From Eledone cirrhosa (taxonomy: Eukaryota), in the NCBI GenBank assembly GCA_964016885.1, contig OZ024753.1:29264001-29328000 (forward strand): a DNA stretch of 64,000 nt. The letters are read 5' to 3'. The notes below the pieces were generated by a model that worked only from the letters and a program-made list of their open reading frames with translations, was not told the origin of the DNA and made no database searches. Within the stretch, counting starts at the first letter, position 1. Every line of letters begins with the position of its first letter. Shown in pieces: positions 33,765 to 47,000 of this stretch. Position numbers and translations under genes: made by a program.

Positions 33765-33905
33765 ATTATTGGTCGTTAGACATGCTCAACCATCCGTGAC
33801 GCTTAAACCAATCAGCTTTAGTAATTCAGTGAAACTACACACTGATTGGTCGAAATACAGTTTGCGAGATTTAGCACTCCGGAGCCATTTTCACTGTATA
33901 TAAGG
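33765..33905 (+). promoter_or_regulatory. Putative pLTR Pol II promoter: three CCAAT boxes plus TATA
   Basis: ATTGG 33768, CCAAT 33808, ATTGG 33845 (about 40-bp spacing), TATATAA 33897. Confidence 0.55.
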
Positions 33906-33966
33906 TAGAAAATTTATCCATCTCATTAGAGTTGAAAATTGCAAACTTGACTGTCACCACATATTA

Positions 33967-34005
33967 TGAACCTGAAGATTGCGAAAGCATGAAAGTACTT
34001 GTTCA
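33967..34005 (+). ncRNA. Minimal hammerhead ribozyme
   Basis: tgaac-CTGAAGA-t tgc gaaa gca t-GAAA-gtac-TT-gttca; palindrome AGTACT. Confidence 0.8.
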
Positions 34006-34117
34006 ATTAACACTTAGAATTTAATATTCTATCATACTGTTTCATTATAATACCATTATAAATTTTAAAGGATTGTAAATAAAACGAGTAAATCAGACAA
34101 AGTTGGAATTCCTCTTA

Positions 34118-34204
<87 letters not shown>

Positions 34205-34355
34205 ACACTTTGGGAGGGTCATGCTGCCAATAAGAAACACACGCACCAGTTGCTTTCACTTCAATTTAATTTATTAAATATTTATAAATTTACAAATTTA
34301 TAAATTTCTGGTTGGTTGGTTGGTTCCACAACCAGATAGTTGTTTATATATATAT

Positions 34356-34400
34356 AGTCATAGTTCTTTCGTCACACACTCTGTGACCTCTTCAGTGACT
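34356..34400 (-). ncRNA. Hammerhead ribozyme (mirror of 37680-37724)
   Basis: Reverse complement of 37680-37724. Confidence 0.8.
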
Positions 34401-35873
34401 GGGGATTTCTTTCTTCGTTTCTGTGCCTTTCCTTTCTTCTATCCTACGCCATTTTGTTTGTGTGTGGGTTGCGTGCTCAGTTTGCGCATGCGCCACATCC
34501 GGGTGTCTGTGTGTGTTTGTGTTCATTTTTCTATTTTTCTATTTATATTTTTCTATTTGTTTGTTTATTTATTTATTTATTGTTGGTTGGTTGTTTGTTC
34601 TATGTGTGTGTGTGTTTTCATTTTGTCTTGTGTGTGTTTTCATTTTGTGTGTGTTTTCAATTGTAAGTTGTTTGTTCTATGTGTGTGTGTGTTTTCATTT
34701 TGTCCTTAATTGTAAGTTGTGATGTTGCTGTTCCACTCATATTTTCTATTTAATTTTGGTTTTAATTCTTTTATGCTTACTGCCTCTGTAATTTGCCTAA
34801 ACATTGCGTCTTTCTTGTGTGTGGATTCTATTTTTATTTCTATGCTCTCTAATTTACCCCCTGTGTTCTATCTTAGCATGTTGGTAGAGCACAGATGATT
34901 CTTTACTATCTTGGAGGTCTCGCCAGTGTTCATTTATTCGTTCCCCTATACTACGAGCTGTCTCACCTATGTACACTACATTTTTGTTTCTACATTGTCC
35001 TTCAGTACATCTTATGCTATATACTACATTTCTAGTTTTACAGTTAATATGGGGGCTTATTTTACAGGTTATACATTTCTTATCTATACATGAGGGTCTT
35101 TGGAACGGGTATGTCTTGCTAATAAGTGTTTTTACGGAGGTACCAGGTCTTTCTACTATCTTAATATTGAGATTATGTTTCTTTAGGGCCCTTCTAAATT
35201 TGTAGGCTAGTTCGCCTCTAGGGGTTGTATTGATGAACATTACACTCTGGTATTTATTGCTATCATACCATGAGTTTATTCTATTGGCCTTGTTCTTAGT
35301 TCTTTCTATTCTATTCCAAAATTTGCTCCTATACAAGGGGCAGGTCCCATTTATGTCATTATTTACCATTTTTTCCCATTTGGTTCTGGCTCCTTTATAC
35401 ACTCTGATTCTATCTCTCTGATTGTAGCCAGAGAACTGCATACGGTGGATGAAGTGTTGTATGTGTCTCTCTAGTTCTTCGGGGTTGCACATGCGGGACA
35501 CATTTCTCATCACCCGTACCAAATCCGCAATCAGTATGTTGATTTTGGTATGGTCCGAAATGGCCGAGTTTCGGTGGATCAGATGTTTGGAAGTCATGGG
35601 TTTGGCATAATGGGAATGGAGGATTTGTTTTTGGTTGTTAATAGTATCTAACCAGAGCTCTGTGTCTAGTACAGGTAATCGATGGTTGGGGTGTCTACTT
35701 GGGTAGTCTATAGTAACTCTAATGCTCTGGTGGATGGAGTTTGCTATTTGCTGGATGCTTTCCATTGTGTTTTTCTCTAGTTCCTGACTGTTCTTTAGTG
35801 GGGGTGTCTTAACTACGATGTTTATATCATCTACGTAGCGGGAGTACATTATCAGGGTTAAGCTGTCTTCTAA

Positions 35874-37400
35874 GCTTACCCATAGTAATAGTTACCTAGA
35901 CACTTATGACCTTAGCAACCTGTGCCCTACAAGACCAGCAAGAGGCAGACCACCTACCATTACCTCTATGGCCAAGAAAACCCACACAGATAGATGGAAC
36001 GGGTGGACCAGAGCCATACGGACACCCGAAAACCACGATGAACTGAAGAAAATGATTGCACATGCGGTAGGGGCCAGCATAAAACTAACCCTTAAGGAAC
36101 ATATGTTCAAATTTAATGGTAAAACATATGCCCAAGAGGAAGGAGCAGCCATTGGTGTTAGCATTGCAGGCGACATAGCTAACTTATTCATGGTATGGTG
36201 GGACAGTAGACTTAAACAAAAACTTAATGAACAATTAGAAGACAGCTTAACCCTGATAATGTACTCCCGCTACGTAGATGATATAAACATCGTAGTTAAG
36301 ACACCCCCACTAAAGAACAGTCAGGAACTAGAGAAAAACACAATGGAAAGCATCCAGCAAATAGCAAACTCCATCCACCAGAGCATTAGAGTTACTATAG
36401 ACTACCCAAGTAGACACCCCAACCATCGATTACCTGTACTAGACACAGAGCTCTGGTTAGATACTATTAACAACCAAAAACAAATCCTCCATTCCCATTA
36501 TGCCAAACCCATGACTTCCAAACATCTGATCCACCGAAACTCGGCCATTTCGGACCATACCAAAATCAACATACTGATTGCGGATTTGGTACGGGTGATG
36601 AGAAATGTGTCCCGCATGTGCAACCCCGAAGAACTAGAGAGACACATACAACACTTCATCCACCGTATGCAGTTCTCTGGCTACAATCAGAGAGATAGAA
36701 TCAGAGTGTATAAAGGAGCCAGAACCAAATGGGAAAAAATGGTAAATAATGACATAAATGGGACCTGCCCCTTGTATAGGAGCAAATTTTGGAATAGAAT
36801 AGAAAGAACTAAGAACAAGGCCAATAGAATAAACTCATGGTATGATAGCAATAAATACCAGAGTGTAATGTTCATCAATACAACCCCTAGAGGCGAACTA
36901 GCCTACAAATTTAGAAGGGCCCTAAAGAAACATAATCTCAATATTAAGATAGTAGAAAGACCTGGTACCTCCGTAAAAACACTTATTAGCAAGACATACC
37001 CGTTCCAAAGACCCTCATGTATAGATAAAAAATGTATAACCTGTAAAATAAGCCCCCATATTAACTGTAAAACTAGAAATGTAGTATATAGCATAAGATG
37101 TACTGAAGGACAATGTAGAAACAAAAATGTAGTGTACATAGGTGAGACAGCTCGTAGTATAGGGGAACGAATAAATGAACACTGGCGAGACCTCCAAGAT
37201 AGTAAAGAATCATCTGTGCTCTACCAACATGCTAAGATAGAACACAGGGGGTAAATTAGAGAGCATAGAAATAAAAATAGAATCCACACACAAGAAAGAC
37301 GCAATGTTTAGGCAAATTACAGAGGCAGTAAGCATAAAAGAATTAAAACCAAAATTAAATAGAAAATATGAGTGGAACAGCAACATCACAACTTACAATT
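35874..37400 (+). pseudogene. 5'-truncated PLE RT plus GIY-YIG; +1 G frameshift near 37250
   Basis: [33 protein letters not shown]; continues GKLESIEIKIES..PKLNRKYEW in the shifted frame. Confidence 0.9.
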
Positions 37401-37679
37401 AAGGACAAAATGAAAACACACACAGGACAAAATGAAAACACACACACACATAGAACAAACAACTTACAATTAAGGACAAAATGAAAACACACACACACAT
37501 AGAACAAACAACCAACCAACAATAAATAAATAAATAAATAAACAAATAGATAAATGAACACAAACACACACAGACACCCGGATGTGGCGCATGCGCAAAC
37601 TGAGCACGCAACCCACACACAAACAAAATGGCGTAGGATAGAAGAAAGGAAAGGCACAGAAACGAAGAAAGAAATCCCC

Positions 37680-37724
37680 AGTCACTGAAGAGGTCACAGA
37701 GTGTGTGACGAAAGAACTATGACT
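37680..37724 (+). ncRNA. Minimal hammerhead ribozyme
   Basis: agtca-CTGAAGA-g gtcaca gagtg tgtgac-GAAA-gaac-TA-tgact. Confidence 0.8.
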
Positions 37725-37937
37725 ATATATATATAAACAACTATCTGGTTGTGGAACCAACCAACCAACCAGAAATTTATAAATTTGTAAATTTATAAAT
37801 ATTTAATAAATTAAATTGAAGTGAAAGCAACTGGTGCGTGTGTTTCTTATTGGCAGCATGACCCTCCCAAAGTGTAACAATATCGGTTTCAACACACGAT
37901 TTCAGATAAAGAATCTTGCTAAACAAATTCAGAAACG

Positions 37938-38059
<122 letters not shown>

Positions 38060-38060
38060 G

Positions 38061-38115
<55 letters not shown>

Positions 38116-38369
38116 ATATATATATATATATATATACAAATATAAATTAGCGAGAGTCGTATTTCAGCACAGGAATTAACGAAAATCATCTTCCGATATG
38201 TGTGGAAAGCGCTCGATGATTCATGTGAATCAGAGCTACAACATACGTTAAGGGCCAAACACACTGAGATGATGGTTAAACATATCATCCGCACAGCCAA
38301 AACAAACGACCATATATATATATACATATATATATATACATATATATATATATACATATATATATATAC

Positions 38370-38418
<49 letters not shown>

Positions 38419-38419
38419 C

Positions 38420-38466
<47 letters not shown>

Positions 38467-38525
38467 CATATATATATATATACATATATATATATACATA
38501 TATATATATATACATATATATATAC

Positions 38526-38556
<31 letters not shown>

Positions 38557-38569
38557 CATATATATATAC

Positions 38570-38600
<31 letters not shown>

Positions 38601-38773
38601 CATATATATGTACATATATATATATACATATATATACATATATATATATATACATATATATATACATATATATATACATATGTATATATATACATATATA
38701 TATATACATATATATGTACATATATATATATACATATATATATATACATGTATATATACATATATATATATAC

Positions 38774-38808
<35 letters not shown>

Positions 38809-38849
38809 CATATATATACATATATATATATATACATATATACATATAC

Positions 38850-38882
<33 letters not shown>

Positions 38883-38993
38883 CATATATACATATATATA
38901 TATACATATATATATATACACATATATATATATACACATATATATATATATATACATATATACATATATATATATACATATATATATATATGC

Positions 38994-39057
<64 letters not shown>

Positions 39058-39142
39058 AAAAATTGAACAGGGACAGAACAGAGAGGCAGTACGACAAATG
39101 TTTATTAGATTCACGCTCAGGAGAGTGGGGGGTAGGTGGAGG

Positions 39143-39174
39143 ACGACGTTTCGGGCATAAGCCCTTCTTCAGGT
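39143..39174 (-). ncRNA. Minimal hammerhead ribozyme (short stems I and III)
   Basis: Reverse complement: ac-CTGAAGA-a gggc ttat gccc-GAAA-cg-TC-gt. Confidence 0.65.
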
Positions 39175-40009
39175 AAGAGTTCAAAAGGTGTGTAGGGGAG
39201 TGGTGGAGAGACATATAGCGAAAGGAAACGGTGCGAATGAAAAATTAACAAATAAAGACAAAAATATAATAAATAATAAATAAAAATAAAGCATGATCAA
39301 AATACAAGGAATGAGAACATTTAAAAATAAAGGCATGATCAAAATAAACTGAAATTAAAAGGGGGGTAAACAGGTGGTGGAAGGGTTTGGGGTGAGTAGA
39401 GGTGGAGGCGGGTGGAGTGGGGAGAGGGAGACGGGGTGTCCGAGCGGGGAGGGCTGAAGGTGGTGTGTGTGGTTAGGTGTGCGTGTGTGTGTGTGTGTGT
39501 GTATGTGAAAGTGAGGGTTGGGGGAAGAACGGGGTTGCATGTTCAGGAAGAGGTGTGTGTGGGGGGGGGGTTTTGTGGGTCGGAGTGTCTGTGCGTGTGT
39601 GGATAGAGGGGTGGGGGGAGAGGAATCAGGAGGCTGAGGGTGTAAATATGTGGTGGGAAGCTCGTGTGTGTGGTTTAAGCGTGTTGTGGGTGTGGGTGGC
39701 GTGTGGATAAAAAAATTTGTTTTGGGATGTGTGTGTGGGTGAGTTATATAGGTGATGGTGTTATAGGATGGTTGAAAGTGGTAAGTTACACGGATGTATG
39801 GAGATTTTGGTTGGAAGTCAAAACGCGTGTGGGTAATCCAAGAAGCGGTGGTCGGAAGAGGAGAGATGTGGGGTGCGCGCGCAACAGGAAGTGGTCAGCA
39901 GTGGAAGTGCTGTGGTCAGTTGGTGCTAAGACAGTGGTCGGAAGGGCATAGCAGCAGTCAGCGGAATGGTAGGGGGCGAGGATGGGTAGGTGTGAGAGTT
40001 GGAGTGAGG

Positions 40010-40052
<43 letters not shown>

Positions 40053-40525
40053 TAGTAGGGGTGTTAGTGGGATGAGTGAGTGTGGAGTGGGGAGAGAAGG
40101 GTGTGTGTGGTTCTATGGAGGGAGTGTGGTGTACTGGTGTGTGTGTAGTTTGGTGAGGAGGTGTTAGTGGGTGTTAGTAGACGGGAGGTGGGGAGGGGTG
40201 GAATGCAGGTGTGAGTGGGGGTTAGTGGGGGTAGGGTGTGTAGAGTTGGTGGTGTACGAGGGTGTGTGGGTACGTGTGCGTGGGGTTGGAGGGTGTTAGT
40301 GATGTTAGTTGCGTGTGGGGTGGGTGGTGTAAGTGTGTGCGTGTGATAAGGAGGGGGAGGAGGAGAAGAGGGGAGGGAAGGGATGTTAGTATGTTAGTTG
40401 GGGAAGGGTGGTTAGATGAGGGGTGGAGTGGAGGTGTTAGTATTGTTAGTGTGGGGTGGGTGGTGAAAAGGAGGGGTGTGTTAGTGGTGTTAGTGGGGGA
40501 TAAGTGGGGGGGGGGCGTTCGAACG

Positions 40526-41082
40526 CTAAAGGAATAAGGGTGGGGAGTTCAGGCCGGGGGGAGTGTGGGTCTGTAAGAGGAAGATAGTGCGTTGTTCGCC
40601 CGTAAGGCGATGGGCGGGTGTTCCGTGGCACTGGAGTAGGCCACAGACTGTGAGATGGTGTGCGGAGTGTCCAGGGCCACCAAAGTGGCGGGCGATGGGG
40701 GAACTGCCCCCGAGACGAATGTCCCGGAGGTGCTACGTGACTCGGCCCGCCAGGCGGCGTCCCGTCTGTCCGACATAAGTCGCGCTGCACCTCGTGCAAC
40801 GAAGTCCGTAGACTAGGTTGGAGGAGGTGCAGCGGAAGGCATGCCGGACCGAGAGAGGGTGGCCGTTGGGACCCTGGAAGGTGGTGGTGTTGGTGATGTG
40901 GGGACAGGTGTTGCAGCGGGGCCTAGAACAGGGGAAGGAACCGGGGGGTGAAACGGAGCGTGGGTTGGGGGGTAGGGAGCTGTGGACGAGGAGGGTGCGG
41001 AGATTGCGTGCGCGTTTGAAGGAGGGGAGTGGTGGGGTTGGGAAGATGTGGGAGGTGGAGGGGTCGGACTGGAGGTGTCGGA
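40526..41082 (-). pseudogene. PLE GIY-YIG endonuclease fragment with an in-frame TAG at 40733-40735
   Basis: [66 protein letters not shown]. Confidence 0.88.
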
Positions 41083-41123
41083 TATATATACATATATATA
41101 TACATATATATATATATACACAC

Positions 41124-41158
<35 letters not shown>

Positions 41159-41301
41159 CATATATACATATATATATATACATATATATACATATATATA
41201 TATACATATATATATATACATATATATATACATATATATATATACATATATACATATATACATATATATATATACACATATATATATATATATATATGCA
41301 C

Positions 41302-41358
<57 letters not shown>

Positions 41359-41413
41359 TATATATATATATACATAATATAAGATCAAAAGATGGTTAAA
41401 GGAGTTCAATATA

Positions 41414-41480
41414 TTTTATTATGCGCATTTCAAAAACAAACATCATCAAACAATAATATTTGTGTTTTCATCAGATAAAA
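41414..41480 (-). ncRNA. Hammerhead ribozyme (mirror of 46934-47000)
   Basis: Reverse complement of 46934-47000. Confidence 0.8.
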
Positions 41481-44113
41481 CAGGAGAACATGATATGAAG
41501 GCTAAAAAAACACTTGTTGATAGTGCAGTTTTAAATCAACATATGAAAAGTGGTTTTAGATTGATGTGTGATATTGGGAAAAATATTTTATTTAGAGAGG
41601 GGGGGAGAGAAAAGGATGAAAAGGGAAGGAGATGAGAGGGAGAGATGGGTGATAGAGAGAAAGAGATAGTTTTTATAACAGAGAGGAGATATATTTTATA
41701 TAGAGGGGTTGAAAACCGTTGGAAGATACTGTATAAATTAAAAATTTTGAAAATTAACGAAGGGAGGATATGTGCGAGGAAAAAATATATTATATTTAGG
41801 GAGGGGTGGGGGTGGAAAGGATGAAAAAAAGGGAGGAGATGAGAGTGAAGGTGGAAAGGGAGAGATGGGTGATAGAGAGAAAGAGATAGTTTTTATAACT
41901 GAGAAAAAGATATAATGTTTTAATATAGAGAGGTTGGGAACCGTTGGAAGATAATGTATAAATTAAAGGAATTTGAAAATTAACGAAGGGAAATTATGTA
42001 TGGAGATAGAGAGAAAAAAATAACGAAGGGAGATTATGTATGGAGATAGAGAGAAAAAAATAATAATTGTGGGTGAATATTCTAACGTCAAAAGGAGAAA
42101 TGTAGGAATTTTAAAATTAGCAAAGAGAAAAAGTTTGTGTAGAAGGATTTGAGAAAAATAATGTGAAGTTAAAGTTTTTATATTGAATTCATATGTATTA
42201 ATAATGAGTTCGTTGATGGGGAGAAAAAAATAATAATAAATTAAGGATGAAATTGAGATTAAAAAGATTTATGATAGAGAGAAAAAATAATAATGATTGC
42301 GGATGAATACTCAAAATGTCAAAAACAAATGTTATTGTTTTACGAGGAGATATAATGAGGGTGATGAGTAAACGGGTATTATAGAGTGTATAATGCCCTT
42401 TAAAGTAAGGTAGATGGGTATATTTTAAAGAATATATGAGTATATATTAAGAAAATATATAATAATAAATTAAGGATGAAATTGAGATTAAAAAGATTTA
42501 TGATAGAGGGAAAAAAATAATAATGATTGCGGATGAATATTCAAAATGTCAAAAACAAATGTTATTGTTTTACGAGAAGATAGGATGAGTAAACGAGTAT
42601 TATAGAGTGTATAATGCCCTTTAAAGTAAGGTAGATGGGTATATTTTAAAGAGGTGTATGTATATGTGCCTTTGAGAAAAGATTCTAAATTGATAAAGAA
42701 TTGAATATTAACTGTATACTTTGTGAAAAGTTCTATGGAATTTATGCAGGCAGATGGAAAACAAATCCGAGCGTCTATTTATTATGGATTCTAGGTTAGA
42801 GATAATGGTAAATTTTTCATTTAGGCAGAGATTACAGATTTTAGATAGAGAACTGTTCAAGTACGAGGATGCAGAAGAAATCTTTTTCCAAAAGATGTTA
42901 TATTTAATGTTTTTGTCTTTTAAGGACCATATGAGTTCTGAGAGAGCAGTGTTAGTTCTTTTAAGTTTGTATTTGAAAGATGAATGATGATTATAGAGAC
43001 GAGCTTTAAAAGAGGTGGAAGTGGAGCCAAAATAGGTGAAGGAATTGGTGCTAGTTATAATTTTACATTCATAAATTAAGTTTTTATCGAGGCAATGGTT
43101 GTTGAGAGGACATTTATTTTTAATGCGGCAGTTGCAATTAGAGAGATTATTAATGAGTGATCTAGTGTTATCTATAGAAGGAATTGGATTGGAGAAGTTG
43201 TTTGCGATAGGAATAATAGGAATAATAGTTTCTTGATTTAGAGTTGGATTATGAACATTTAGCGAAGTTGTGTTTGACGTTGCATTTGGGTTTACAGAAG
43301 TTAGCCTAGGGTTTACAATGACGTCAGGAGTACTATTATTGTTATTATGAGATTCAATATTGGAAGGAAGAGATTTAGTATTTAATATTTTGTTGTTGTG
43401 TTTAGAAATGATGTTGGAAATATTGGAGGATGTAGAATACGAAAATTTGATGGTGTGTTTGTTAAATATTTTACTATAGATATGTGAGGGAGGGAAGCAT
43501 TTATTTAAGGCACTAAAAAATAATTTAGGAATATTGTTATTAATAGAGATGGAGAAAGGAGCATTATACCAGATTATGTTTTTGTATCTAGGTCTTTTAT
43601 TAAAATTATTGGAATGGTTATGATTAAATATTCTACTGTAAGTTTTCCTAGAATTTGTTTCTTTATTATATTTGATTTTATCTGGATAGCCGGCTTTAGA
43701 AAGTGCGTTATTATAGTAATTGGCGTTAGCATCAAAGATGTTTTTATTAGAAGATATGTTAGATATTCTATTTCCAATATTATTAACTATAGCATTCTTG
43801 ATATTGGTAGGATGGTTAGATTTAAAGTTAACATAATTAAGATTCTCATTGTTTTTATGGTAAGGGTAATATAGGCCAGTGTCAAGATTAAGAGATACAT
43901 CCAAGAAATTAGCTAGTTTGGTACTATTATCAAATTCAATTTTTAGGTTATGTTGGTTAAAGAGATTACGTATATTGTTCTTAATAATATTAAGTTTAAC
44001 TATATTGCAATTTAGGATAGTAAAGTGTCCATCGTCACGATAAATTCCACCGCGGAGTTGAGGAATTTTCCGACTCAAAGAGTTCAAAATGAAGATACCA
44101 ATTAAATCAGTCA

Positions 44114-45706
44114 ATTTCGCCTTCACTTCTCAATAATGCTCTATCTTTCACACTTAAATATTCTGACATCACCACAGATGAACTTCACATCATCCTCACC
44201 GCACGTAAAACCATCCTAGAGTTCAACAACGAATATTGGACCAGAGCCGATACCTCTAACAACTTCGACATCACAATGGGAGCATCCGATTCATCCCAAT
44301 TGACTGATTTAATTGGTATCTTCATTTTGAACTCTTTGAGTCGGAAAATTCCTCAACTCCGCGGTGGAATTTATCGTGACGATGGACTCTTTACTATCCT
44401 AAATTGCAATATAGTTAAACTTAATATTATTAAGAACAATATACGTAATCTCTTTAACCAACATAACCTAAAAATTGAATTTGATAATAGTACCAAACTA
44501 GCTAATTTCTTGGATGTATCTCTTAATCTTGACACTGGCCTATATTACCCTTACCATAAAAACAATGAGAATCTTAATTATGTTAACTTTAAATCTAACC
44601 ATCCTACCAATATCAAGAATGCTATAGTTAATAATATTGGAAATAGAATATCTAACATATCTTCTAATAAAAACATCTTTGATGCTAACGCCAATTACTA
44701 TAATAACGCACTTTCTAAAGCCGGCTATCCAGATAAAATCAAATATAATAAAGAAACAAATTCTAGGAAAACTTACAGTAGAATATTTAATCATAACCAT
44801 TCCAATAATTTTAATAAAAGACCTAGATACAAAAACATAATCTGGTATAATGCTCCTTTCTCCATCTCTATTAATAACAATATTCCTAAATTATTTTTTA
44901 GTGCCTTAAATAAATGCTTCCCTCCCTCACATATCTATAGTAAAATATTTAACAAACACACCATCAAATTTTCGTATTCTACATCCTCCAATATTTCCAA
45001 CATCATTTCTAAACACAACAACAAAATATTAAATACTAAATCTCTTCCTTCCAATATTGAATCTCATAATAACAATAATAGTACTCCTGACGTCATTGTA
45101 AACCCTAGGCTAACTTCTGTAAACCCAAATGCAACGTCAAACACAACTTCGCTAAATGTTCATAATCCAACTCTAAATCAAGAAACTATTATTCCTATTA
45201 TTCCTATCGCAAACAACTTCTCCAATCCAATTCCTTCTATAGATAACACTAGATCACTCATTAATAATCTCTCTAATTGCAACTGCCGCATTAAAAATAA
45301 ATGTCCTCTCAACAACCATTGCCTCGATAAAAACTTAATTTATGAATGTAAAATTATAACTAGCACCAATTCCTTCACCTATTTTGGCTCCACTTCCACC
45401 TCTTTTAAAGCTCGTCTCTATAATCATCATTCATCTTTCAAATACAAACTTAAAAGAACTAACACTGCTCTCTCAGAACTCATATGGTCCTTAAAAGACA
45501 AAAACATTAAATATAACATCTTTTGGAAAAAGATTTCTTCTGCATCCTCGTACTTGAACAGTTCTCTATCTAAAATCTGTAATCTCTGCCTAAATGAAAA
45601 ATTTACCATTATCTCTAACCTAGAATCCATAATAAATAGACGCTCGGATTTGTTTTCCATCTGCCTGCATAAATTCCATAGAACTTTTCACAAAGTATAC
45701 AGTTAA
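44114..45706 (+). CDS. 5'-truncated PLE ORF, uninterrupted: RT C-terminal half, Asn-rich linker, GIY-YIG endonuclease
   Basis: FDITMGASDS, GIYRDDGL, NFLDVSLNL, CNCR..CPL..CL, LIYECKI..YFGST, CNLCLNEK. Confidence 0.85.
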   Translation: MSPSLLNNALSFTLKYSDITTDELHIILTARKTILEFNNEYWTRADTSNNFDITMGASDSSQLTDLIGIFILNSLSRKIPQLRGGIYRDDGLFTILNCNIVKLNIIKNNIRNLFNQHNLKIEFDNSTKLANFLDVSLNLDTGLYYPYHKNNENLNYVNFKSNHPTNIKNAIVNNIGNRISNISSNKNIFDANANYYNNALSKAGYPDKIKYNKETNSRKTYSRIFNHNHSNNFNKRPRYKNIIWYNAPFSISINNNIPKLFFSALNKCFPPSHIYSKIFNKHTIKFSYSTSSNISNIISKHNNKILNTKSLPSNIESHNNNNSTPDVIVNPRLTSVNPNATSNTTSLNVHNPTLNQETIIPIIPIANNFSNPIPSIDNTRSLINNLSNCNCRIKNKCPLNNHCLDKNLIYECKIITSTNSFTYFGSTSTSFKARLYNHHSSFKYKLKRTNTALSELIWSLKDKNIKYNIFWKKISSASSYLNSSLSKICNLCLNEKFTIISNLESIINRRSDLFSICLHKFHRTFHKVYS

Positions 45707-46933
45707 TATTCAATTCTTTATCAATTTAGAATCTTTTCTCAAAGGCACATATACATACACCTCTTTAAAATATACCCATCTACCTTACTTTAAAGGGCAT
45801 TATACACTCTATAATACTCGTTTACTCATCCTATCTTCTCGTAAAACAATAACATTTGTTTTTGACATTTTGAATATTCATCCGCAATCATTATTATTTT
45901 TTTCCCTCTATCATAAATCTTTTTAATCTCAATTTCATCCTTAATTTATTATTATATATTTTCTTAATATATACTCATATATTCTTTAAAATATACCCAT
46001 CTACCTTACTTTAAAGGGCATTATACACTCTATAATACCCGTTTACTCATCACCCTCATTATATCTCCTCGTAAAACAATAACATTTGTTTTTGACATTT
46101 TGAGTATTCATCCGCAATCATTATTATTTTTTCTCTCTATCATAAATCTTTTTAATCTCAATTTCATCCTTAATTTATTATTATTTTTTTCTCCCCATCA
46201 ACGAACTCATTATTAATACATATGAATTCAATATAAAAACTTTAACTTCACATTATTTTTCTCAAATCCTTCTACACAAACTTTTTCTCTTTGCTAATTT
46301 TAAAATTCCTACATTTCTCCTTTTGACGTTAGAATATTCACCCACAATTATTATTTTTTTCTCTCTATCTCCATACATAATCTCCCTTCGTTATTTTTTT
46401 CTCTCTATCTCCATACATAATTTCCCTTCGTTAATTTTCAAATTCCTTTAATTTATACATTATCTTCCAACGGTTCCCAACCTCTCTATATTAAAACATT
46501 ATATCTTTTTCTCAGTTATAAAAACTATCTCTTTCTCTCTATCACCCATCTCTCCCTTTCCACCTTCACTCTCATCTCCTCCCTTTTTTTCATCCTTTCC
46601 ACCCCCACCCCTCCCTAAATATAATATATTTTTTCCTCGCACATATCCTCCCTTCGTTAATTTTCAAAATTTTTAATTTATACAGTATCTTCCAACGGTT
46701 TTCAACCCCTCTATATAAAATATATCTCCTCTCTGTTATAAAAACTATCTCTTTCTCTCTATCACCCATCTCTCCCTCTCATCTCCTTCCCTTTTCATCC
46801 TTTTCTCTCCCCCCCTCTCTAAATAAAATATTTTTCCCAATATCACACATCAATCTAAAACCACTTTTCATATGTTGATTTAAAACTGCACTATCAACAA
46901 GTGTTTTTTTAGCCTTCATATCATGTTCTCCTG

Positions 46934-47000
46934 TTTTATCTGATGAAAACACAAATATTATTGTTTGATGATGTTTGTTTTTGAAATGCGCATAATAAAA
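46934..47000 (+). ncRNA. Hammerhead ribozyme
   Basis: ttttat-CTGATGA-aaacacaaatat...atgtttgttttt-GAAA-tgcgca-TA-ataaaa. Confidence 0.82.

Larger units (their letters stand above)
27250..34120. mobile_element. Neptune-like PLE fold-back: minus arm 27250-30475 (interrupted by a Helitron) and plus copy 30476-34120 with an internal inversion at 31469-31686
   Basis: 27287-27930 plus 30412-30475 equal the reverse complement of 33402-34120. Confidence 0.9.
39052..41082 (-). mobile_element. GC-rich Neptune-like PLE 3' fragment with a long C/A-rich UTR
   Basis: GIY-YIG fragment, HHR and (TA)n flanks. Confidence 0.85.

Noticed and set aside
35968-37700. Selenocysteine recoding/SECIS as reported for some Naiad PLEs
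   Set aside because: No in-frame TGA in the visible ORF, and I could not identify a SECIS fold by eye.
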